Position numbers and translations under genes: made by a program. A stretch of 63,001 bases of DNA, counting the filler, from Octopus bimaculoides (lineage: Eukaryota): NCBI RefSeq assembly GCF_001194135.2. It is 5 parts of 5 records of this genome, joined end to end, with 100 filler letters (N's around TTAATTAATTAA, not from the genome) between each part and the next. Parts side by side here need not be neighbours in the genome. Positions count along the whole stretch, not along the records: positions 12,627 to 21,839 come from NC_069002.1; positions 21,940 to 25,022 come from NC_068991.1; 3 more parts are not named here. One strand, 5' to 3'. The notes beneath the pieces are model-generated. The model saw only the letters and a program-made list of their open reading frames with translations. It did no database searches and had not been told where the DNA came from. Of the stretch, positions 12,871-22,079 are shown piece after piece (positions within the stretch are counted from its first letter, which is position 1; each line of letters starts with the position of its first letter).

Positions 12871-13487
12871 AACATCATTGTCATCATCATTTTATGTCCA
12901 TTGTCCATGTTGGCATGGATTGGACGGTTTGACTGGGTTGGCAACCATGCCAAGAGTGTAGTGGGTATCTTTTATGTACCACCAGCACGGGTGCCATTTG
13001 TGTGACACTAGGGGGAATATATCTCATCAACTGCATCAGCAGCATCCAGGTATCCATGGTGTATCTAGGGGTTGGTTAGTCAAGATGCCCCAATTCTCTC
13101 TATGTTATGTCGCATGCATACAATGGCTCGTGATGCCTTGTATTTTCAAAATATTTTAGTCTTGTAGACATGGTTCTCCACAATAGTCTTTGAACTATCA
13201 GCTGTTCTAGTCCCCCGTCTTTTGGTACCCTGTCTTTTCAGCTTATTCTGGCCAATCCGTGAAAAACCCACATCACAAAAGTTTCTCTCTTCCTCACCAC
13301 AGTCATAGACATTACCCAAGTTTCTGCTCTGTAGAAAACAGTTGCCATAGTTTGTAATAGTTTTACTTGAATCAGTTTCAGGTGCAGCCGTTTATCGTTT
13401 TGAGGTGAAGATCTCTTTCCATTCTTATAAATGAAGTTTTAACTTTATTTATTTTTGAGTAACTTCTATACAGCAACTGTCATGATT

Positions 13488-13587
<100 letters not shown>

Positions 13588-14665
13588 GCATACAAATACA
13601 TACAGACATCTCTCTCTCTCTCTCTACACACAGATACAAATACATGTACACACACACACACACATATATACATACATTCAAATGCATACATACATATATA
13701 CATACATGCATAATCACACGTGTGTATGCATACACACACACACAGATATATATGCATATTTATATATATATATATACATACATGACTTAGCAATTAACCA
13801 TTAAGATTCTCACGTCAATACTGAAGTAAGTCTAATACTCTTATCTGAAACTTATGGACATAAATTGCTAACCAATGTAATGTCACGTTTTTACTTGTTT
13901 GTGGGTTGGGAGTGGAAATGGTATTTTGTTAGTGGTATATACACCAAAATGTTACCCCTCGTATGATGGGTAACTTTCATAGTATACTTTCGCCAGCATG
14001 AGTAATATCAGGAAATATGGCACACATGCAATAATTCTAATTTAAATTCTCTCTCTCTCTATATATATATCTAATAATACTTCACATATTTACTTTTTTA
14101 TTGTTTACAATAATTTTCTCTTTAAACGGAACAGGTTGTTTAAAGTTAGAAATGCATACAAGTTGACTTAATGAATATGTAACGGTTATAGATTGAACGA
14201 TGAACAACATTTTTATAGAAATATTTATTTACCGTTACTTTATATGTTGCCATACCACGACGGGTAGGCCAGTGCAATAGTATAACAGTTTGTATGTAAA
14301 GCATACTGAGTAAAGAATTTCGGCCTGTATCTGTATGTACACTTTCTCATAGTAGTATATATAGAGAGAGATGGTAATGTTATAGAGAAAAGGTAATGCT
14401 AGTGATAGTTATAGCGTGTGCGACGTTGTCTCACAGTGGCTGACAGTAACTTCATTTCTCCCTCTGGCCAAGATTGTAGTTGGTCAGCCAGACTTCGTTC
14501 TCCTTGAGTCATCACTGGCTGGTGACTAGCCTGTTGAGGCATCACCGATTGGTGACTAAAGAGAAAGGTTTGCTTGGGGTGTCCTGTTTTTATAGCTATC
14601 GAGAAGGGTAGTGGGTGCAAAGGATTCTATTCTAGATTTGATGGAGTAGAAGAGGTCAGAAAAGG

Positions 14666-16252
14666 GTCAAGTGGTGGAGACACCGCTTCGGCCTAGCTAA
14701 AGGCGTCTGGGACATATCTAACTGCTGTCAGATCAAAACCGTTGTTTCACCGCGGGAAAAGTTCTGACGCAGTGTTAATTCAAATTTGTGTATAGTGGAT
14801 CGAATCCACTTCACGCCTGCAAGATTCCTATACCACTCTCCTCGCCAGTGAGGTTCCTGGGAGGGAAGCGAATGAACAAAGGAGACAAAGAAATGCATGA
14901 TAAATGCCCTGGAATGTTTGAGGAGAAATTTCGCATATCAGGAGAGAGGATCGTTGAAGTGTATAGGGGACAGTGTCGCTTTGCGTGCTAAAATGTGTGC
15001 AGTCAGTGACTGGGCAGTACCACAAATGGGCGCGTGAGTGCGTATACAGAAGTGCAGGGGCACGTTTCGAAATTGAGCTGAGAGGAGCGAGTGAGTGCAT
15101 TCTCAATCCGTGATATGAAAGATCTTCCTGCAGAGTTGCAGTGTGAAAAATGCTTTGGAGGTGAAATGCGTCTGGTGCTGCTGTCGTGGTTAATTGCTGA
15201 GTTAGAAAGGACGACAGTGTAAGCATGCTGAAGTGATGCGCGAGACAGATCATTTTCTCTGTTAATTACGTGACCAAACAAGGGTCTAACGGAGGGAAAT
15301 TATGTCTAAACATGAGCGCAGAGCATGTGATCATCCGACGTGCTTTGTGTCGGGAGAAGAATTGAGCTGACGCAGACGTGTTGCAAAACAAGAGGGTAGA
15401 TGTGCATAACAGAGGTGCATGAGTGCAATAGGGCTTGCAAGGCTGAGGCTAATGCTAGTGCATGGATTACAAATACAGCGTACAGTAATGGATATGCCAG
15501 TGATTAATGCAGTAAGGCTGAGACTGCCAGCCGGTGCATGAGGTATTATAAGCCTCGATCATGCAGGAATAAAAGTGTGGCATGCTGGCGCGTTGTAAGA
15601 GACAAACAACTTTCTCTATGTATGCGTGACCAGCCTAGGGTCTTACAGAAATGAGTTGTGTCTACAAGGGCGCATTGAGCATGGAAAAACAAGCGAGATA
15701 GGCATGTGTGGTGCATGAATGTGACAGAGATAGCATTTGTGTATTTATGAACCATGTGTGCAGATGCGTGTGCAAGGCCAGGCACTGAGGAAAGGTGCAT
15801 GCGGGTGTGTATGCAACAATACAAGCATTTTCAAAGCGAACGAGAAAAAAAAGTACATGCAAAATATGAATAATGACATAGAACATTCACAAAAAAAAAT
15901 ATGCACATGAATTTAGCAGTTTTAGGAAACGAGTCGTAGCAGAATTTGTGCATTGAGGAATGGGCATCGCGCAATGTGTGCATCGCGCAATGTGCATTGC
16001 GGAATGGGCATCGCGCAATGTGTGCCTCGCGGAATGTGTGCATCGCGGAATATGTGCATCGCGGTATATGTGCTTCGCGTAATGTGTCAAGTGGTGGAGA
16101 CACCACTTCGGCCTAGCTAAAGGCGTCTGGGACATATCTAACTGCTGTCAGATCAAAACCGTTGTTCCACCGCGGGAAAAGTTCTGACGCAGTGTTAATT
16201 CAAATTTGTGTATAGTGGATCGAATCCACTTCACGCCTGCAAGATTCCTATA
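14666..16252. mobile_element. Unclassified non-coding element bounded by 167-bp direct repeats
   Basis: 14666-14832 and 16086-16252 differ at only 2 positions. The interior is about 1.25 kb, richer in GC, with no convincing ORF. Confidence 0.6.
15950..16086. repeat. Tandem array of about nine 14-16-bp units (gcatcgcgcaatgtgt consensus)
   Basis: Units read directly; the array abuts the second 167-bp repeat. Confidence 0.9.
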
Positions 16253-16600
16253 AATATTTTAGAAATAGATGTTAAATACTGTCTCCAACTGAGGATTACA
16301 AAGCATATCTCTCATGCACAGCATGAAATCAATTGATATTGGGGTATGTATTAAAACTGCCTTCAAATTCCATCCTGAAGGTAGACCTATTTTTTAAAAT
16401 ATTCATTACATTGCTCGTGTGTGTATTTATTGTAGAATTGGTGGGTTTATTGAAGCTTTCGCTTTAATTTTTTAGCAAGCGGTATCTTTACCCTTCTTTT
16501 CTTTAAATATTTTATACCTGTTTAGGTAGAAGTCTTGCTAGCCACCTAATTATTTATGATTTTAGCAGTAATAATACTTCACATATTTACTTTACATATA

Positions 16601-16800
16601 TCTATATATATAAAGATGAGAATGTGTGTCTGTGAATCTGTCTGTGTGAATCCCTAAAACTTGAGAACCACACAACCAATTTCATTCAAATTTTACACAT
16701 GCCTTATTTAGGGTCCAGGTAGTGTTTTAGGCCAAAAAGTTTTTTACTTCTTGCCTAGTGCAATATCACATCTCCTCCACTATTGCAGTATTACGTGTCA
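16601..16800 (+). mobile_element. Non-autonomous Helitron 5' end (3' end not located)
   Basis: A|TCTATATATATAAAGATGAGAATGTGTGTCTG has the same architecture as the 5' end at 4312 (TC, TA-rich stretch, AAAG-TGAG, TG tract). Confidence 0.6.
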
Positions 16801-16922
16801 AAAGTGAAACAATAACATCTCTCTATTCTAATGTCAGACAGTTTCACTTTGATAGTTTCACTTTAATAGTTTCACTTAAATACTGAAACTATTAAAATAT
16901 TCTTATTGTTTCTTCAACTTAC

Positions 16923-16997
16923 CGGAGAAGGGCTCTTGGCTTCTTTTACTGCAGGCGAAGGAGTAAAAAACGAAGATATTTCGACTTGTCCGGACAT
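16923..16997 (-). CDS. Candidate first coding exon with N-terminal PIP box, most similar to the UNG2 N-terminus; no downstream exons found
   Basis: ATG at 16997 gives MSGQVEISSFFTPSPAVKEAKSPSP, ending at a strong donor CCG|GTAAG (16922). Compare human UNG2 MIGQKTLYSFFSPSPARKRHAPSP. MSH6 has a similar start (MSRQSTLYSFF), so identity is not certain. Confidence 0.5.
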
Positions 16998-17092
16998 TGC
17001 TATTACAGACAAATTAACAATTCGACTCCAGAGATAAACACAAACCACCTCGTGCTGAGTGCAAAACTCCTGCCAAATTAGCCAGAAACACA

Positions 17093-17137
<45 letters not shown>

Positions 17138-17142
<5 letters not shown>

Positions 17143-17657
17143 CATTTCATATGTCTTCATTCAATTTTTGCTCTCTGCAAATAAAATTTTTACGGATACA
17201 ACTGCTTACAAAAATAGGGATTAATATATAATTTCTTTCTATCTTCGTAATTAAATCAATGTTTTCATGATTAGACAGACGTCCAATAAAATAGCTCACA
17301 CAAACACACTATGTACAAATTCGTTCTTCAGGAGTTTTCAAACTACATAATAGGCAGAATTGTCGGATTAAGACAGTAGGGCGTTTTGAGGGAGATTTGG
17401 CTGCTATTTCTACCAGGTCTAGCTACCATGTANNNNNNNNNNNNNNNNNNTTCAAAAATTAAACAATCTTTTCTATAAAACGACTATCGTAAAAATTTTA
17501 TACGATGACATTTTCTATGTATGTATGTGTACCTTAAAAGACGTCAATCATCATGACATACACCTTCACTCACTCACTCACTCACTCACTCACTCACTCG
17601 CTTACTCACTCAAACTCTCTTTCTCACCCTCTTTCTCTCTCACATACACACGCGCAA

Positions 17658-17695
<38 letters not shown>

Positions 17696-17950
17696 GCGTC
17701 CATTTCATATATCTTCTTTCAATTTCTGCTCTCTGCAAATAAAATTTTTTACGGATACACTTGCTTACAAAAATAGGGATTAATGTATAATTTCTTTCTA
17801 TGCTCATAATTAAACCAATGTTTTAATGATTAGGCAGAAGTCCAGTAGAACAACTCTCAGAAACAGACTACGTACAAATACGTCAATCATCACGACACAC
17901 ACCTTCACTAACTCACTCTATCTCTCTTTCTCACCCTGTTTCTCTCTCAC
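17138..17950. repeat. Degenerate duplicated ~190-bp units separated by simple repeats
   Basis: gtccatttcata...ctctctgcaaataaaattttt...acaaaaatagggattaat occurs at about 17139-17323 and 17698-17883. acgtcaatcatca..acaccttcact occurs at about 17540 and 17880. Confidence 0.85.
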
Positions 17951-17990
17951 ATATACACGTGCAAGCACGCATGCACGCACGCACACACAC

Positions 17991-18531
17991 ACTCAGTAAC
18001 ACATTTTCTAAATGATGGTAGAGTTTGATTTGAAGAAGTTTTGGCTGCTATTTCTAGGAAATGAAGCACTTGGTGGAGGTGCATTAATAATTCTGCCAGC
18101 ATATTGGCAGGAGCTAATAAACCTTTAGGGATTAATACCATATACACCGCCACAGCAGTAACTGTATTCAACTGAATAGACGTCAGTGGTTGGTTGAAAT
18201 TATCGAAATAAGACAATTTTTAACATGAAATAACTTGGAATACAAAATTTTTTATCTGTTCTATAACACAAAATATACAAGTATACGAAGTTTGAAAGTG
18301 TTTCGGTACCAAAAACACTACATAAAACATAAATGAAAAGTGTTGCCCGTCAAATCAGAAAGATCCCATTTATGTTTTATGTATTGTTTTTGGTACCGAA
18401 ACACTTTCAAACTTCGTATACTTGTATATTTTGTGTTATAGAACTGATAAAAATTTTGTATTCGAAGTTATTTCATGTTAAATCTTCTTCAAATCAAACT
18501 CTACCATCATTTAGAAAATGTGTTACTGAGT
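17991..18531. repeat. Nested inverted repeat (fold-back)
   Basis: Inner arms 18219-18335 and 18367-18482 (3 substitutions, 1 indel, 31-nt loop). Outer 48-bp arms 17991-18038 and 18484-18531 are perfect. Confidence 0.92.
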
Positions 18532-18897
18532 ACACAGTACATAGAAACATTTTTCTCACCGGCAAAAATTATTGTTTACAAAAACAGCAGTAACTGTATT
18601 CAGCTGAATAGNNNNNNNNNNNNNNNNNNNNNNNNNNNNNNNNNNNNNNNNNNNNNNNNNNNNNNNNNNNNNNNNNNNNNNNNNNNNNNNNNNNNNNNNN
18701 NNNNNNNNNNNNNNNNNNNNNNNNNNNNNNNNNNNNNNNNNNNNNNNNNNNNNNNNNNNNNNNNNNNNNNNNNNNNNNNNNNNNNNNNNNNNNNNNNNNN
18801 NNNNNNNNNNNNNNNNNNNNNNNNNNNNNNNNNNNNNNNNNNNNNNNNNNNNNNNNNNNNNNNNNNNNNNNNNNNNNNNNNNNNNNNNNNNNNNNNN

Positions 18898-21790
18898 NTA
18901 TAGTTAGGATCAAACTTAGACAGATTTTAGAACTATACACTAAGAGACAGAGACAGAATAAGACAGAGGCCCAACAATTTGGGAATATACACGCATGTGG
19001 CCTACATAAGCTCATGCAGCGCACGAGGAACGGAGAAGTGATATGCCTTCCCACAGATAAGTCCGGCAGGATGTCAATAGACAGCTTACCGAACTATATC
19101 CAGGCAATGCAACCTCACATCGCCAATACGAAAGTAACAACTTTACAGACGCATGAGGAGAGAGAAAAGGTACTCAACGCACACATGATGATGTGGACAA
19201 TGGTTCTTGGATGCCAGAAACGCACAGCCAACAATTTCCAAGCCTGGAACAATGATATCCCGAACCTGTATGGGCTTTGCAAGGACCACAAAGTAACTAC
19301 TGATCCTGTAGTGGGACCACCAACAAGACCAGTCTGTGGAGCGAATGTCGCTAGCAACTACAGGATTTCCTACTTCCTCTCAATGATCATACGCCCCATA
19401 ATCCGGATGTCACCTGATGTTTGTGACAGCACGGAAGATCTCCTCAGCAGGATCAACGACTGTAACAATACCTGCGACCTGACAGGATGTATAGTGGGTA
19501 GCATGGATGTGGTATCTCTATACCCATCTATCGATGTGGATTTTGCGGTGGAAAAGTGCATGGAGACAATTAACAAGAGCGAAGTGGAGTTCCGCAATGT
19601 CAACACAGAAGAACTGGGCCTCCTACTTAGATTGACATATGACAATGTATATCTAGATAAACACGACCTTAGAAGTTTCTGCCCTTGTAGACGTTTAAGA
19701 GGTAGACCACCCACAATTACTTCCAGGGCTAGGATGACCCCTATAGAGAGATGGAGCGGGTGGACCAGAGTCATATGGACTCCCGCAAATGTTCATCAGG
19801 TAAAGAAAATGATCACACATGCACTAGAAGCTAGTATAAGAGTGACCCTAATAGGCCACACGTTTAAGTTTAGCAACAAAATATGCCCAGGACGAGGGGG
19901 CAGCAATCGGTGTTAGTATCGCCGGTGATGTGGCCAACCTTTTCATGGTATGGTGGGACAGAAGGCTTAAGGAACGCCTGACACAGAACTCCATACTCGT
20001 GAATATGTACTCTCGATATGTCGATAATATCAACGTAGTGGTAAAGGTACTCCACAAGTGAGTACTCTTGAAATAGAAACAGAAACTCATACTATGAGAG
20101 CATCCAGAAAATAGCTAACTCCATCCACCAGAGTATTAAGGTCATGATAGACTTCTCTACTAAACACTCTAANNNNNNNNNNNNNNNNNNNNNNNNNNNN
20201 NNNNNNNNNNNNNNNNNNNNNNNNNNNNNNNNNNNNNNNNNNNNNNNNNNNNNNNNNNNNNNNNNNNNNNNNNNNNNNNNNNNNNNNNNNNNNNNNNNNN
20301 NNNNNNNNNNNNNNNNNNNNNNNNNNNNNNNNNNNNNNNNNNNNNNNNNNNNNNNNNNNNNNNNNNNNNNNNNNNNNNNNNNNNNNNNNNNNNNNNNNNN
20401 NNNNNNNNNNNNNNNNNNNNNNNNNNNNNNNNNNNNNNNNNNNNNNNNNNNNNNNNNNNNNNNNNNNNNNNNNNNNNNNNNNNNNNNNNNNNNNNNNNNN
20501 NNNNNNNNNNNNNNNNNNNNNNNNNNNNNNNNNNNNNNNNNNNNNNNNNNNNNNNNNNNNNNNNNNNNNNNNNNNNNNNNNNNNNNNNNNNNNNNNNNNN
20601 NNNNNNNNNNNNNNNNNNNNNNNNNNNNNNGGGAAGGTCAACTCATGGTATGATAGCCACAAATACCAGAGCGTCATGTTCGTCGATACCACCCCTAGAG
20701 GCGAACTGGCGTACCGCTTTAGAAGGGCCCTAGACAAACTTAAGCTAAGAATTAAGGTTCTTGAAAGGCCAGGCAACCCTATCAAATCCCTTATCGGTAG
20801 AACCTACCCTTTTAGTAGAACCCCCTGTACTGATAGGAACTCTACTGTATGTAGATTTAGCCCACAAACAAACTGTAAAGCCAGAAATGTGGTCTATAGT
20901 ATAAGATGTACAGAAGGATGATGCAGTAACAAGACAACGACGTACGTAGGGGAAACAGCATGGAGCATAGGAGAGCGGGTAAATGTTCATTGGAGGGAAC
21001 TTAAAGAAGAGAAGAGTTCATCAGTTCTGTACCAGCACGCTGAGCAGGAACACGGAGCCTCACTCAACAACATAAAAGTTAAAATCTTGTCCACACATAG
21101 AACAGACGCAGCGCTTAGACAAATTACAGAAGCTACACACATAATAGAAGAATAGGAAACTGGAATGGAACACTAGCACACACACCCAACAAACCACAAC
21201 ATATGACAATAAAATCCCCATAAACTGATAACAATATGAACAAAATATAATACAATACACAGATAAACAAATGGAATGAAATAATTACATACGTTAACAA
21301 AATTAAATTAAATACTAAAAAAAAAGTAGGTATAAACACATGAACAAATAAATAAAAACAAATTCAACGAACATGTATAAACAGGGGATACATATAATAC
21401 AGGCACTCCCCCATACACATACATGCACTTACTAAACATAGACAAACATAGACACACATATAGAGGGATACGCATGCACAAATATAGACACATACAATGG
21501 GAATACAAAATGGCTGATCGTTAGTAAGGAGGGACACACAAATAAGAAAGAAGAAAGCAAAGGACCACTGATGAGGTCACAGAAGTGTGACGAAAGAACT
21601 CTGGCCGAAATAGGATTAATGTAATGTAATGTAATATAAAGCTGAAGCAAATTAACACCAAATATATAGTGCGTGTATTTTTATTGGCTAAACTGGCAAC
21701 ATGACCATTCTCAAATACAACATCTGTTTCAACACACGATTTCACATCAAGAATCTTGCAAAACAAATATATAAACGGAATATATATCAT
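18898..21790 (+). mobile_element. Penelope-like retroelement, second family: RT with long fingers insertion, C-terminal GIY-YIG, 3' hammerhead; inactive
   Basis: LPTDKSG, NLYGLCKDHK, PTRPVCG and GSMDVVSLYPSID, then frameshifted QDEGAAIGVSIAGDVANLFM and RYVDN (20017-20028). After the gap: CKARNVVYSIRCTEG*CSNKTTTYVGETAWSIGERVNVH...LYQHAEQEH. Confidence 0.9.
21562..21606 (+). ncRNA. Minimal type I hammerhead ribozyme
   Basis: CTGATGA 21568-21574; stem II gtcaca/tgtgac with a gaag loop; GAAA 21592-21595; minimal stem III g-aa-c; CUC cleavage triplet 21599-21601; stem I gg(a)cca/tggcc. Confidence 0.75.
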
Positions 21791-22079
21791 CATCATCATC
21801 ATCATCGTTTAACGTCCGCTTTCCATGCTAGCATGGGTTNNNNNNNNNNNNNNNNNNNNNNNNNNNNNNNNNNNNNNNNNNNNTTAATTAATTAANNNNN
21901 NNNNNNNNNNNNNNNNNNNNNNNNNNNNNNNNNNNNNNNTAATTGAGATTCACTTGAATTTGGTCACTTAAGTTGAAGTATCAAATCAGTAAGATATTAT
22001 CTAGAAAATAGATAGTAATAGTGTAGGATGTTTGCTTTTTAAAACAGTCGCTATTCAGAACGTAAGTTTGTAATCAGTA

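Noticed and set aside
14180-14260. ATG GCA ACA TAT AAA GTA ACG|GTAAAT as AAGAB exon 1
   Set aside because: The peptide is not p34-like and the donor is phase 0, while the next exon needs phase 1.
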